Assembly: GCA_964349765.1 (NCBI GenBank)
Contig: CAYGGZ010000005.1
Span: forward strand, 15,918-79,917
Reading direction: 5' to 3'
DNA from: an uncultured Bacteroidales bacterium
GTDB lineage: Bacteria; Bacteroidota; Bacteroidia; Bacteroidales; JAAYJT01
Length of the DNA: 64,000 nt
Shown in pieces: positions 9,493 through 19,988 of the stretch. Within the stretch, counting starts at the first letter, position 1; every line of letters starts with the position of its first letter. Both the position numbers and the translations under genes were made by a program. The notes under the pieces were generated by a model. That model was not told the origin of the DNA. It did not search any database and saw nothing but the letters and a program-made list of their open reading frames with translations.

Positions 9493-10698
9493 CTACATTT
9501 CTTGAGTAACAAGATTGTATGTGTCGGTGGCAATCACGAGTTCTTCGTTGGTAGGCACAACTAAAACCTTAACTTTTGAACCTGGGCGGCTCAGTATAAC
9601 CTCTTTGCCCTTAAGTTTGTCGTTCAGCTCAAAGTTGAAGTCCACGCCAAGAAACTCCATTCCTCTCATCACCTCGGCTCTGCTATCAAAATCATTTTCG
9701 CCTACGCCGCCGGTGAATACTATAATATCCACACCGCCTAGTGCTGCTGCATAGGCTCCAATATACTTCTTAATGCGGTACTGATACATTTTCAGTGCTG
9801 TGGCAGCCCGCTGATTGCCTTGCTCGGCTGCAGTTTCAATATCGCGCATATCAGACGAAATAGCTGAGATACCTAATATGCCGCTATGCTTGTTAAGCAA
9901 AGTGTTAAGAGTGCCCGCACCAATCTCTTCTTTACTGGCAATGTAGATCAATGCTCCCGGATCAAGGTCGCCGCAACGGGTCCCCATAATAAGCCCTTCG
10001 AGCGGAGTCATTCCCATGCTTGTATCAAGCGATTTGCCTTCGGTTATAGCGGCAATCGAAGCTCCATTCCCAAGATGACAGGTGATTATTTTCTGTGTGT
10101 TGTAGTCAACCCCCAACACTTCGCAGGCGCGCTTCGATACAAAGCGGTGGCTGCTGCCGTGAAAACCATAGCGTCGAATCTTGTATTTATCATACAATGA
10201 ATAGGGAATTCCATAAAGAAAAACATAATCTGGCATGGTTTGGTGAAATGCTGTATCGAACACTCCCACCTGAGGCACATCAGGCAGCAGGCGTGTGATT
10301 GAATATATTCCTTCGAGGTTTGGAGGATTGTGAAGAGGAGCAAGGTCAATACATTCCTCAAGTGCAGCCACTACCTCAGGAGTAATGGGAACGCTTCCTC
10401 CAAATTTTTCACCGGCATGAACAACACGATGTCCAACGGCATCTAATTCATTTATATTTTTGATCGAACCATACTTGTCGCTGACTAAAACGCCAAGCAG
10501 GAATTCGATACCGATTTGATGATCAAGGATTTCGCCTTCGAGTTTTACCTCAGTGCCATCATTGCGCCAATGCTTGATTAGTGAGCCTTTAAGACCAATC
10601 TTATCTACCAGTCCTTTAGCTAATACATGTTGAGATGGCATTTCGAACAGTTGATATTTTATTGAAGAGCTTCCGCAGTTTAATACAATGATTTTCAT
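9493..10698 (-). CDS. ackA: acetate kinase
   Basis: MKIIVLNCGSSSIKYQLFEM..., HRVVHGG-like HRVVHAGEKF and GFHGSSH motifs; 401 aa. Confidence 0.95.
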   Translation of the reverse strand: MKIIVLNCGSSSIKYQLFEMPSQHVLAKGLVDKIGLKGSLIKHWRNDGTEVKLEGEILDHQIGIEFLLGVLVSDKYGSIKNINELDAVGHRVVHAGEKFGGSVPITPEVVAALEECIDLAPLHNPPNLEGIYSITRLLPDVPQVGVFDTAFHQTMPDYVFLYGIPYSLYDKYKIRRYGFHGSSHRFVSKRACEVLGVDYNTQKIITCHLGNGASIAAITEGKSLDTSMGMTPLEGLIMGTRCGDLDPGALIYIASKEEIGAGTLNTLLNKHSGILGISAISSDMRDIETAAEQGNQRAATALKMYQYRIKKYIGAYAAALGGVDIIVFTGGVGENDFDSRAEVMRGMEFLGVDFNFELNDKLKGKEVILSRPGSKVKVLVVPTNEELVIATDTYNLVTQEM

Positions 10699-10749
10699 TT
10701 GAGTCTACTTTTTGTGTTGATAGATGAGAGTGATTTTCGTGCAATATTG

Positions 10750-11718
10750 TTATTCCCGTCCAAGACTGTGGATCGGACCTTTTTTTATGATTTTTTTTCC
10801 ATTTGAATAGATGTAAAATCCTTCCCCCGTACGGCGGCCGAACATATTGGCACGCACAAGGCGCCGAAGAATAGGCGAAGGCTTAAATTTTACATCGCCA
10901 AATTCGGCATAGAGGTTCTCCATCCACTTTAACACATTGTCAATTCCGATCTTATCTGCCATTTCGAATGGGCCGTCGAGCAACCCGGACGTTTCCCGTA
11001 CAATTTCGTCAATATGGTTTGCTGATGCTACCCCTTCCATCAGCATTTCGCAGGCTTCATTGATGAGGGTTACGAGCATTCTTGTGCTGACGTTGCCGGG
11101 AGATTCGTTCACAGGAATCAGTTTTTTTCCGATCATTAACGCAAATTTGCTGATCAACTCGTAAGATTTGTCGTTAGTGTGAAAACTGCGTACAGCTTCA
11201 ATAATTTTTATCTTACTTACCGGAGAAAAGAAATGCAATCCTAAGGATCTTTCGGGATGATTGAGCACAGAAGCTATCTCGCTGATGATTATTGTTGCAG
11301 TATTTGAAACAATAACCGTTTCTGCTGACACAACTTCCTCAATCCTTTTGAAAACATCCTGACGCAGTCCGATACTTGAGCCTTTCCTGGAAATATTTAG
11401 TGACTCAATCACAATATCGCAACCAGCGAGCGATTGATAATCGATTGAGCCACTTATACGGCTGAGTATCAACTTTTTTTCTGACTGGGTAAGACCCCAT
11501 TTATTTATCCGTTCGGTAAGCATCGCATCCAAACTGGAATAAACCTTGTCGATCCGTTCTTTATTAATTTCTATGAAAGCCACCTCGATTCCGGACTGGC
11601 TCACCAGAATCATGATCTCCTGGCCCATGGCGCCGCAACCCACAACGCCCACCTTCTGCAGGCTCTTTTTCGATTTAATTGTTTTAGTCAGGCTGAAATC
11701 TTCTAATCGGTCGTTCAT
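10750..11718 (-). CDS. 3-hydroxyacyl-CoA / 3-hydroxybutyryl-CoA dehydrogenase family protein
   Basis: Rossmann motif VGVVGCGAMGQEI. Length and C-terminal domain are typical of the 3HCDH family. Confidence 0.75.
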   Translation of the reverse strand: MNDRLEDFSLTKTIKSKKSLQKVGVVGCGAMGQEIMILVSQSGIEVAFIEINKERIDKVYSSLDAMLTERINKWGLTQSEKKLILSRISGSIDYQSLAGCDIVIESLNISRKGSSIGLRQDVFKRIEEVVSAETVIVSNTATIIISEIASVLNHPERSLGLHFFSPVSKIKIIEAVRSFHTNDKSYELISKFALMIGKKLIPVNESPGNVSTRMLVTLINEACEMLMEGVASANHIDEIVRETSGLLDGPFEMADKIGIDNVLKWMENLYAEFGDVKFKPSPILRRLVRANMFGRRTGEGFYIYSNGKKIIKKGPIHSLGRE

Positions 11719-11868
11719 AACTCGTTATTTTATTGAGAGGTTTTACATTCTTCGCATCATAATGGCTGAATCCTTTATGATTTCGAATGGCAAAGGTATT
11801 ATTTTACACTATTTGAATTTTGATAATACCTGCACATTTTTGGTTCAATTTATATATTTGCAGAGTAT

Positions 11869-12723
11869 ATGGCTATCAGAACCACGCAACACCATCCGTT
11901 ATGGCCAACCGAGGCAGAAGCTTCGCAGGACGAACTGTTTTTATACCCCCCAGTAGTGGATTCGGCAGCCAACATCCAGCCCCAGCCATTTATCTTTTAC
12001 GATACAACGGATTATACTGCAATCCAAACATATAGAACCCGCCCCGATCATGGTAATCCTATCATGCAAACATCAGATGGCCTGGCAACTGGCTTGATTT
12101 TGTTTTGTTTTGTGCTACTTGCCTGGATTCGATATAACAATCCCCGAAGATTATCGCAGATTTTGAAGGCTGCTTTTCTAATTAAGCATATGCACCAACT
12201 GCAACGCGATGGAAATGTTTTTAACGAGCAGATTCCGTTGGTTCTTTCGGTGATATTCCTGATTGCTTTTCCATTGCTCGCTTATTCGCTGGCTGTAGGT
12301 TCAGGTTTGTTTGTAAACATTGACAATAACATTGGGTTAGTTCTGGCGGGGATAGCAATCTTTACCGGTTTCATGTGGTCGTTGAAAGCATTGCTTAACC
12401 GCATTTTGGCGCATCTGTTCCGAACCCAGGCTGCCACACGGTTTTACTTGTTTAATAACTTGATATTTAATGCGCTAATCGGATTAGTATCGCTTGTGTT
12501 TTTACCTGTGATTTTTTTTAGTGGGTTGGAGTGGGCGGTGTATCCGGCGGTTGTGGTGGTTGCGCTTCTTATCCTCTACAAAGTAGTTCGCGGAGTGATG
12601 ATAGGCTCTACTTTGAGCTCTTACCCGTTATCATATCAGATTTTGTATATTGTTGTAATAGAGGTGCTTCCACTTGCTCTCGCCGGAAAAATACTGTATG
12701 ATTTGAACAACATGTCGCTCTAA
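11869..12723 (+). CDS. multi-pass membrane protein (possibly DUF4271 family)
   Basis: 284 aa with about six hydrophobic segments after a ~70-aa soluble N-terminus. The family assignment is from memory only. Confidence 0.4.
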   Translation: MAIRTTQHHPLWPTEAEASQDELFLYPPVVDSAANIQPQPFIFYDTTDYTAIQTYRTRPDHGNPIMQTSDGLATGLILFCFVLLAWIRYNNPRRLSQILKAAFLIKHMHQLQRDGNVFNEQIPLVLSVIFLIAFPLLAYSLAVGSGLFVNIDNNIGLVLAGIAIFTGFMWSLKALLNRILAHLFRTQAATRFYLFNNLIFNALIGLVSLVFLPVIFFSGLEWAVYPAVVVVALLILYKVVRGVMIGSTLSSYPLSYQILYIVVIEVLPLALAGKILYDLNNMSL

Positions 12724-13034
12724 ACAGTATCTGGATGAAGACGTTAAAAATTGTCCCACTCCGTACGAAAGCATCGCTCATTAGCCGGATTTTAAGATTG
12801 CAGTGCCTGATTAAAAAGCCAGTGGATTGACGAGTTTCGCTTTATGCACAAAAAGGACTTACTCTGGGTTATTCATTTATGATTGATTAACAGCTTTTTA
12901 ATCCTTTCTTTGATCCTATCTCTGAAGTTCGTTGGGAGCGATGTATGGGTTTGGTATTGAGTTATTGCACTGCCTATATTAGGGCTTTCAGATTATTGCC
13001 TTTTGTGACGTGCAGTATTTTATTTTGTGTAGGG

Positions 13035-13451
13035 TTACAGGTTGTCCTCTACGAATTTCTGGCAATAGTGTTTGATTTGTTGGCTTACTTGTTTTACTTG
13101 CTCCTTAATTTCTTCGGCTGTTCCTGTTGCTTTTGCCGGGTCGGGAAAGTTTTGATGAAATTTTTTGGCGGTTGTGGAAAAAAAAGGACACCGCTCCTTC
13201 GCATGGTCACAAACTGTAATCACAAAATCAAAATCTATATCTCGATACTCGTCAACGTTATTTGAAGTGTGTTTTGAAATGTCAATCCAGTCTTCTTTCA
13301 TTATTTCAATTGCTCCTGGATTTACTCCGTGCGTTTCAACGCCTGCGCTGTAAACTTGTGCTTTTGCGCCTGCAAAGTAGCGCAAATAACCTTCTGCAAT
13401 TTGACTGCGATAACTATTTCCAGTGCAAAGCACTAAAATCTTCTTTTTCAT
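13035..13451 (-). CDS. arsC: arsenate reductase, thioredoxin-coupled LMW-PTP type
   Basis: MKKKILVLCTGNSYRSQIAEGY (CX5R P-loop) and the CDHAKERC cysteine pair. Internal Met chosen at 13451. Confidence 0.85.
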   Translation of the reverse strand: MKKKILVLCTGNSYRSQIAEGYLRYFAGAKAQVYSAGVETHGVNPGAIEIMKEDWIDISKHTSNNVDEYRDIDFDFVITVCDHAKERCPFFSTTAKKFHQNFPDPAKATGTAEEIKEQVKQVSQQIKHYCQKFVEDNL

Positions 13452-13487
13452 TTGGTATGATATTTTTGTTTCAAACATGAACTCGAT

Positions 13488-13928
13488 CTAACTAACAGTA
13501 TTATTACAGGAACTTCTACCAAAGCCCCGATTACACCTACAAATGCCTGTGGTGAATGAATATCCGGAACAGCAATCGTTCCAAACAATTACCATTGCAA
13601 TGCACTTTGCCGAACCAATTAAGATTAAATCTGACATATAATCGGGTTCGTTTTTCAGAAAAATGACGGCTAACAGGAGCATTAACACCGGACCAATTAC
13701 CCAATTCAATAAAAGGAAAACAGATACTGATTTTTTATCCTGCAAAGCGATGGGAAGTAACGAAAAATCAACTTTTGCCAATGGAATATTTGTTGTGCCA
13801 ATGGAAAGAGAATTGATGGCATTTGAAATTCCCGGGTAAAGATACCCCAAACCCACACCTGCCACCAAAGCAAGAAGCATCTAAATTGTTAAGAACCATT
13901 CTGAAAAATTTAATTTAGGCCGCTTCAT
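13488..13928 (-). pseudogene. acr3: decayed ACR3-family arsenite efflux gene
   Basis: Minus-strand reading from ATG 13928 gives MKRPKLNFSEWFLTI, then an in-frame TAG (13881-13883) where ACR3 has Trp. It continues MLLALVAGVGLGY..GTTNIPLA/KVDF (~11 codons missing), then ..CIAMVIVWND. After that the frame breaks and another frame reads AFVGVIGALVEVPVIILLV, the ACR3 C-terminus. About 200 codons are missing in between. Confidence 0.8.
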
Positions 13929-13935
13929 GAAGAAC

Positions 13936-14775
13936 TTAACAACATTTGGAACTTGGTTCGCAACAAGAGTTTGGTTTTTCAGCATATACTGTTATGCTGA
14001 ATATTCCTGAGCTACCTGTTTTGTAGCTGTTTAGTTTTTCTTCGCTCAAATAGTTTTTTAAAATGTCGTCGGGAATGGTTATTGGTTTTTCTTTTTGAAG
14101 AGTAATATTGATAAAACCATTTGCTTTGATGAGGCTTAAGTACTCGTCTTTCTGAATGGCGCCGGCTACGCATCCTGCGTACATATCAGCATCATCGCGT
14201 AAGGCTTCCGGTAGGTTTCCTATTAACACTACGTCTGAAATACTTAGATGACCGCCTGGTTTTAAAACGCGAAATATTTCTTTGAACGCTTTGTCTTTGT
14301 TAGGCACAAGGTTCAAAACGCAGTTGCTCACGATTACGTCAGCCATATTTGCAGAAACAGGCATATTCTCGATGTCGCCTTGCCTGAACTCAACATTTGT
14401 GAAGCCAAGTTTCAGTGCATTGCTTCTTGCCTTATTGATCATTTCAGGTGTAAAATCAACACCGATTACCCTGCCGTCTTCGCCAGTTTCATTTCTTGCA
14501 ATAAAGCAATCGTTACCGGCCCCACTGCCCAAATCAATGACGGTGTCGCCTTTTCTGATTTTTGCAAAAATTGTTGGTAAACCACATCCCAAACCCAAGT
14601 CAGCATCGGGGTTGTAACCACTCAGGATGCTGTAATCATCGGTCATAATATTGTATACTTCGGTACTGCAACCGCCAGATCCACAACAAGATGATTGATT
14701 GGCTTCTTTGTCCTGCAAGGCGATTTTACTGTATTTCTGCTTTACCAGTTCTTTTATTTGCTCTGTGTTTTTCAT
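13936..14775 (-). CDS. arsM: arsenite S-adenosylmethionine methyltransferase
   Basis: From the internal Met: MKNTEQIKELVKQKYSKIA..SSCCGSGGCS. SAM motif VIDLGSGAGNDC. Cys-rich C-terminus CCEPSSKCC. Lies 20 nt downstream of arsR. Confidence 0.85.
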   Translation of the reverse strand: MKNTEQIKELVKQKYSKIALQDKEANQSSCCGSGGCSTEVYNIMTDDYSILSGYNPDADLGLGCGLPTIFAKIRKGDTVIDLGSGAGNDCFIARNETGEDGRVIGVDFTPEMINKARSNALKLGFTNVEFRQGDIENMPVSANMADVIVSNCVLNLVPNKDKAFKEIFRVLKPGGHLSISDVVLIGNLPEALRDDADMYAGCVAGAIQKDEYLSLIKANGFINITLQKEKPITIPDDILKNYLSEEKLNSYKTGSSGIFSITVYAEKPNSCCEPSSKCC

Positions 14776-14794
14776 TTTGAAAATAGTTTGATTA

Positions 14795-15124
14795 TTAGCA
14801 ATTAAGGTTCTTGTTTTTAAGATTAGCCGATATATTTGTAATATAGTTTTGTAGTTTCTCGATGGTTTTTTCGTCAATGCAATAGCAAATTGAGTTTCCG
14901 TCAATGCTCCCCTTTATCAACCCGACATTTTTGAGTTCTTTCAGATGTTGAGAAACAGTTGGCTGAGCAAGAGGCAATTCATTTACGATGTCGCTACAAA
15001 TGCAAGCGTCAATTCTCATTAAATACTCAATAATTGCCACTCTTGCTGGATGTCCCAGAGCTTTTGCAATATTTGCAATAGTGTTTTGCTCTTCAGTGAA
15101 ATGGTCTGTTTTCGTTGCGCCCAT
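14795..15124 (-). CDS. arsR: ArsR/SmtB family metalloregulator
   Basis: 109 aa; HTH ALGHPARVAIIEYL...VSQHLKELKNVGLI with CICSDI cysteines in the metal-site position. Confidence 0.9.
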   Translation of the reverse strand: MGATKTDHFTEEQNTIANIAKALGHPARVAIIEYLMRIDACICSDIVNELPLAQPTVSQHLKELKNVGLIKGSIDGNSICYCIDEKTIEKLQNYITNISANLKNKNLNC

Positions 15125-15432
15125 TAGTCATTAATTTAATATTGCAATATTACGTTAGTTGTTTTGGTTGTGCAAATTTTTTTGTAAATTTTTCATCAAG
15201 TTACCAAATTGAAGGCCAATTGTATATTCGATTTGATGTAATGGTACGATACATGGAATTGCTGGTAATAGCTGTGGGTATTGTCGCAATTGATGATTTC
15301 TGATGCTCCACATACTCTATAGCGTGGTGAATGCTCTTAAGCGTTTAAGCATTGTCAAATGCTTAATATGGGTTAATGCATTGTCATAAGCTTAAACTTG
15401 GTTAGATTATTAAGAGGAAACTTTTTGTATGT

Positions 15433-15849
15433 TTGCTTCAAATGAGCAATAGTGTTATCCGATACCGTTTAAAGCGTGAAGAAAGGCTACGGTTAAAAAA
15501 AGAGATTTCCGTGCTTTTCAGCAGCGGCAACTCTCTTTATATTTCACCAATCCGGTTGGTTTGGAAGGTCATTCCATCCTGCAATACAATTCCGCTGAAG
15601 GTGCTGGTTTCTGTTCCGCGACATAATATCCGCAAAGCCACGGATCGTAATAAGATTCGTCGGCGGATAAAAGAGATTTACCGTTTAAACAAGCATCCCC
15701 TCGCTGGCGTTATGTTAGCAGCAGAAAAAGTTTGCCTTATAGCTTGGGTTTACACAGGCAGGAAGGTAGTGGATAGTAAAGAGTTGAAGCCGGCAATATT
15801 GCTACTTTTGCGACGTTTAACCGATATTCATGCGAAAGCTTCCCACTAA
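15433..15849 (+). CDS. rnpA: ribonuclease P protein component
   Basis: Basic ~135-aa protein with an RNR-like motif ([17 protein letters not shown]), directly upstream of and overlapping yidD. Confidence 0.85.
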   Translation: MLQMSNSVIRYRLKREERLRLKKEISVLFSSGNSLYISPIRLVWKVIPSCNTIPLKVLVSVPRHNIRKATDRNKIRRRIKEIYRLNKHPLAGVMLAAEKVCLIAWVYTGRKVVDSKELKPAILLLLRRLTDIHAKASH

Positions 15850-16051
15850 GCTGATGATACTAATGGTTCGCTTCTACCAGTATGCCATATCGCCATATCT
15901 GATGCCATCGTGCCGTTATACTCCTTCATGTTCGGATTATGGTGTTCAAGCGCTTAAAAAATATGGCGCTCTGCGAGGAGGGTGGCTTACGGTGAAACGG
16001 GTACTATCGTGTAATCCATGGGGGGGTAGTGGCTACGATCCTGTTCCATGA
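15830..16051 (+). CDS. yidD: membrane protein insertion efficiency factor YidD
   Basis: [31 protein letters not shown]...[14 protein letters not shown]. Confidence 0.95.
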   Translation: MRKLPTKLMILMVRFYQYAISPYLMPSCRYTPSCSDYGVQALKKYGALRGGWLTVKRVLSCNPWGGSGYDPVP

Positions 16052-16078
16052 TTTTTAAAACATTTAATCAATAATACA

Positions 16079-17743
16079 ATGAAAGTGTTAATTCGTTTAG
16101 TTTGCGGAGTCGCACTGCTTCTTGCTTTGCTTACTTCCGGCAATATACTTCAGGCACAGGCACGAAGCGATTTTGAGGTCGCAAAGAATCTCGAAATCTT
16201 TGTAAATCTATACCGCGAACTAAATAAGAACTATTCAGAAGAGCTGAACCATGGCAAACTTTTCGAAGCAGCCATCAATGCAATGCTCGGAGAGCTTGAC
16301 CCATATACCAATTTTATTTCGGAAGCGCAGATAGAGGAGTTTCGCTTTTTAGCCACCGGACAGTACGGCGGCATTGGGGCTGTAATTCGACAGCGCGATA
16401 ATTTTGTGATTATCAGTGAACCATACGAAGGATCTCCTGCGCATAATGCCGGACTTAAGGCAGGCGACAAAATACTGGAGGTGAACGGAAACTCTGCGCT
16501 TAACAGAACTACAAACGAAGTTAGTATGGTGTTGCGCGGCCAACCGGGAACTACTCTTAAGCTAAAGGTTGAACGGGAAAATACCGAAAAACCACTTGAG
16601 TTCACAATACGACGGGAAAACGTGAAAATCCCCGATATTCCATACTCAACTATGCTCGAGAATGAAATTGCATACATCAACCTTGCGGGGTTCACACACG
16701 CTTCTGCACAGGAGGTTATCAGAAAATTCAATGAATTACGGCAGAAAAGCGAACTAAAAGGTTTAATACTCGACTTGCGGGGAAATGGAGGCGGATTGCT
16801 CAATGAGGCTGTGGATATTGTGGGCATGTTTGTGCCAAAGAACGAATATGTGGTGGGAACCCGAGGCAAACTGCCGGCAAGTAATCAAAATCACTTTACA
16901 AGAAATCAGCCTGTTGATACAGAGATTCCACTAGTAATCCTTGTTGACAATCACTCTGCTTCCGCATCCGAAATTGTGGCAGGAGCAATTCAAGACCTCG
17001 ACCGTGGTGTTATAATAGGCCAAACAACATTAGGAAAAGGATTGGTGCAAAACGTAATCCCTTTGGTTTATAATACCCATCTGAAGGTTACAACTGCAAA
17101 ATACCTTATCCCAAGCGGGCGTTCAATTCAAGCTATTGACCACTTTCACAGAGACGAAAATAATGCGTACATCGTAACCCCCGACTCACTGAAAACCGCT
17201 TTCAGAACACGCAATGGCAGAACCGTTTATGAAGCCAACGGCATTGAACCCGACATAACGATCGAACCACCACAACTCAGTAACATTGCAGGAGCATTGT
17301 ATTTAAACTTCATGATTTTTGACTTTGCTAACCGGTTTGCTGTGTTAAATTCCGAAATCCCTCCGGCCGATGAATTCATAATTACCGAAGAAATTTACGC
17401 CGATTTCAAGGATTTTGTTAAACAGCAGGATTTTACATATACAACCCGAACCGAAACCCTGCTCAATCAGCTAAAAGAAGCTGCATACGAAGAGCTATAC
17501 AAACCGCTCCTGCTCGACGACATACGCCAATTGGAAAATAGCATCAGCCAGCAGAAAAAGAAAGAAATCATTACATTTGCCGATGAGATTAAGGAATTGC
17601 TACGGATGGAGATAGTTACACGCTACTATTACCAGAGGGGAAGAATCGTTGCTTCATTGAAAAACGACAAAGCATTTGGCGAGGCAATCGAACTGCTGCG
17701 GGATAATGATCGCTACCGGGCAATGTTACAGGGCAATGATTAA
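16079..17743 (+). CDS. ctp: S41 family C-terminal processing peptidase
   Basis: Signal peptide, PDZ segment (GLKAGDKILEVNG), GLILDLRGNGGG, and SASASEIVAGAIQD (catalytic Ser region). Confidence 0.9.
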   Translation: MKVLIRLVCGVALLLALLTSGNILQAQARSDFEVAKNLEIFVNLYRELNKNYSEELNHGKLFEAAINAMLGELDPYTNFISEAQIEEFRFLATGQYGGIGAVIRQRDNFVIISEPYEGSPAHNAGLKAGDKILEVNGNSALNRTTNEVSMVLRGQPGTTLKLKVERENTEKPLEFTIRRENVKIPDIPYSTMLENEIAYINLAGFTHASAQEVIRKFNELRQKSELKGLILDLRGNGGGLLNEAVDIVGMFVPKNEYVVGTRGKLPASNQNHFTRNQPVDTEIPLVILVDNHSASASEIVAGAIQDLDRGVIIGQTTLGKGLVQNVIPLVYNTHLKVTTAKYLIPSGRSIQAIDHFHRDENNAYIVTPDSLKTAFRTRNGRTVYEANGIEPDITIEPPQLSNIAGALYLNFMIFDFANRFAVLNSEIPPADEFIITEEIYADFKDFVKQQDFTYTTRTETLLNQLKEAAYEELYKPLLLDDIRQLENSISQQKKKEIITFADEIKELLRMEIVTRYYYQRGRIVASLKNDKAFGEAIELLRDNDRYRAMLQGND

Positions 17744-17746
17744 AAT

Positions 17747-19402
17747 ATGACTGCCATGCTTCAATCAACACCAACCATCAATGCACGTATCCCATTACTG
17801 ATATCTATAGCGGTACTTCTCGGATCTATCACTTTGTCCAGATGGATGACTGGAATGGCCAACGTACTTATTGCAATCTTCTGGCTTCTCGACGGTATGC
17901 CAATACCCCAATGCCCATCTCATAGAACATCATTCTTTCAAAAAGCAAGGTGGTATGTGGCAGCCTGGCTGTCGCTCATAGCGAACAGCTTTGCCCAGAA
18001 AATTCAAATGTACATTGGCAACCGGACAGCGCTGATATTTAGCTCAATTTTTTTGATGCACCTGATTGGTTTGGTTTATACCACTGATTTTGAACATGCC
18101 ATTCGAGATCTGCGGATTAAAATTCCACTCCTTTTGATGCCCTTATTTTTCTCTACCATAAAACCACTTAACCGCAAGGAATTCTGGTGGGTTATGGCAT
18201 TTTTTATTACCGCACTGACTGTTAGCACGTTGATAAGCACATGGGTGTTAGTTACGGAGAATCCCGTTGATCGACGACAGATTTCGATTTTTATATCGCA
18301 CATTCGTTTTAGCCTGATAATAGGACTTGCAGTGTTTATTGGCATCTACTTGTCGCTGTCCGAACATCGCTTCTCTCCGGCAGTGAGGATTTTGCTTGTT
18401 ACCGTTGTGGTTTGGTTGTTGATTTTTCTTTTTATGCTAAGATCGATTAATGGAATTGCAATATTTGTCGCGGCGAGCATGTTCATAGCTGTAATTCTGA
18501 TTCTTAGAGCCAGCAAACCCTATTTAAAGGTAATACTGACGGTGTTGATTTTAGGAACAGGAATTGGTTCGATAGGTTTCGTTGTTAATGCCTGGCGTAA
18601 CTATTCTATTGCCGACCCAATCAATTTCAGTACTCTCGACACACACACAGCCTTAGGAAACCTCTACCTTCATGATACTGTGAACTTTGGCATTGAGAAT
18701 GGACGGTTTGTTGGTTTGTATCTAAGCTGGAACGAGCTTCCCGAAGCCTGGAACAAGCGAAGCGAAATAGATTTTAACGCCCACGATGCAAAAAACCATG
18801 AGATTCGATGGACCATTATACGTTATATGAGTTCAAAAGGCTACCGCAAAGATGCAGCAGGAGTTGCTAAACTTAGCGAAGAGGATATACGCAATATTGA
18901 ACAGGGGGTTGCGAATGTGGTTTATCTTGAACCGTTTGGTGTCAGAGGAAGATTATATGAAACCTTTCTTGGGATACAAAACATGATCATAAGAGGCGAC
19001 CCCAATGCCAGTTCCCTGGCTCAACGCCTTGAATACTGGGAAACAGCAGGGTGGCTTATCGCCAGGAATCCTATATTTGGTGTGGGTACAGGCGATATCA
19101 AAAACGCATTTGCAAACGCTTATGTGGAGACGAACTCCCCGCTTGAACCAAGATTTCGCAAGAGGTCGCATAATCAGTACCTTTCTATTGCGGTTACTTT
19201 CGGATTAGCTGGTTTGGCGTGGTTTGTTGTAGCATTACTTTACCCGGTATTCAAGCTAAGAAGAACCGGAGATCTGCTTTTTGCAGCGTTTTTACTTATC
19301 GGACTTCTCTCTATGCTTGGCGAGGACACGCTCGAAACGCAGGCAGGCGTAACCTTTTTTGCCGCTTTCTACAGCTTGTTGCTCTGGGGCAGAGAACCAT
19401 AA
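17747..19402 (+). CDS. O-antigen ligase (Wzy_C) family membrane protein
   Basis: 551 aa, more than 10 TM segments, and a C-terminal RSHNQYLSIAVTFGLAGL motif typical of the O-antigen ligase family. Confidence 0.7.
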   Translation: MTAMLQSTPTINARIPLLISIAVLLGSITLSRWMTGMANVLIAIFWLLDGMPIPQCPSHRTSFFQKARWYVAAWLSLIANSFAQKIQMYIGNRTALIFSSIFLMHLIGLVYTTDFEHAIRDLRIKIPLLLMPLFFSTIKPLNRKEFWWVMAFFITALTVSTLISTWVLVTENPVDRRQISIFISHIRFSLIIGLAVFIGIYLSLSEHRFSPAVRILLVTVVVWLLIFLFMLRSINGIAIFVAASMFIAVILILRASKPYLKVILTVLILGTGIGSIGFVVNAWRNYSIADPINFSTLDTHTALGNLYLHDTVNFGIENGRFVGLYLSWNELPEAWNKRSEIDFNAHDAKNHEIRWTIIRYMSSKGYRKDAAGVAKLSEEDIRNIEQGVANVVYLEPFGVRGRLYETFLGIQNMIIRGDPNASSLAQRLEYWETAGWLIARNPIFGVGTGDIKNAFANAYVETNSPLEPRFRKRSHNQYLSIAVTFGLAGLAWFVVALLYPVFKLRRTGDLLFAAFLLIGLLSMLGEDTLETQAGVTFFAAFYSLLLWGREP

Positions 19403-19483
19403 AGCCGCTGATTGTAATAAAAAAAAGCTCAGATTTGGAACGGTTTTGGGATAACCCACACAGCTAAAGACAAGTTAACAGGC

Positions 19484-19972
19484 ATGAATAAAATTGAAAA
19501 AGTATACAGTTACACAGAATTCGATAGCGAAACAGAACTGACAGATACCGATCGAGACTTATTACGTCAGGCAACAGAGGCGGCCAGAAACGCTTATGCT
19601 CCCTATTCCTCTTTCAGGGTTGGCGCTGCGATAAGGTTAAGTAACGGCCAGATATTTATCGGGTCGAACCAGGAAAATTCGGCATATCCATCAGGGCTAT
19701 GCGCCGAAAGGGTGGCACTGTTTGCGGCTTCAGCCAATTGTCCTGGACTTATCGTAGAAACAATCGCCATTACGGCTTTAGACCTAAAAGCAGGGTTGAA
19801 AGAACCAGTTACTCCCTGTGGGGCATGCAGGCAAGTTATGGCAGAGTATGAAACATCAGGTAGCCAATCAATGCGGATTGTACTCGGTTCGGATAATGGA
19901 AAAATTTACATTATCGAAGGCATGCATCATTTGCTGCCACTTATGTTTACAACAAAATACCTGAACAAGTAA
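19484..19972 (+). CDS. cdd: cytidine deaminase
   Basis: Zinc motifs CAERVALF and PCGACRQVM; 162 aa. Confidence 0.9.
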   Translation: MNKIEKVYSYTEFDSETELTDTDRDLLRQATEAARNAYAPYSSFRVGAAIRLSNGQIFIGSNQENSAYPSGLCAERVALFAASANCPGLIVETIAITALDLKAGLKEPVTPCGACRQVMAEYETSGSQSMRIVLGSDNGKIYIIEGMHHLLPLMFTTKYLNK

Positions 19973-19988
19973 CCCTTTTACAATAATT

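Noticed and set aside
12945-13265. 106-aa plus-strand ORF rich in Cys/Phe/Leu
   Set aside because: It lies antisense to arsC for most of its length, has a low-complexity hydrophobic translation, and no recognisable family.
15115-15303. 62-aa ORF upstream of rnpA, considered as a possible rpmH (L34)
   Set aside because: The translation (MRPLVINLILQYYVSCFG...) is hydrophobic and bears no resemblance to the basic L34 sequence (MKRTFQP...). rpmH is not in this window.
16231-16869. 212-aa antisense ORF inside ctp. Many similar antisense ORFs occur in pnp, hsdM, hsdR, tkt, ackA and other genes.
   Set aside because: Ser/Pro/Arg-rich translations lying opposite strongly supported genes are characteristic shadow ORFs.
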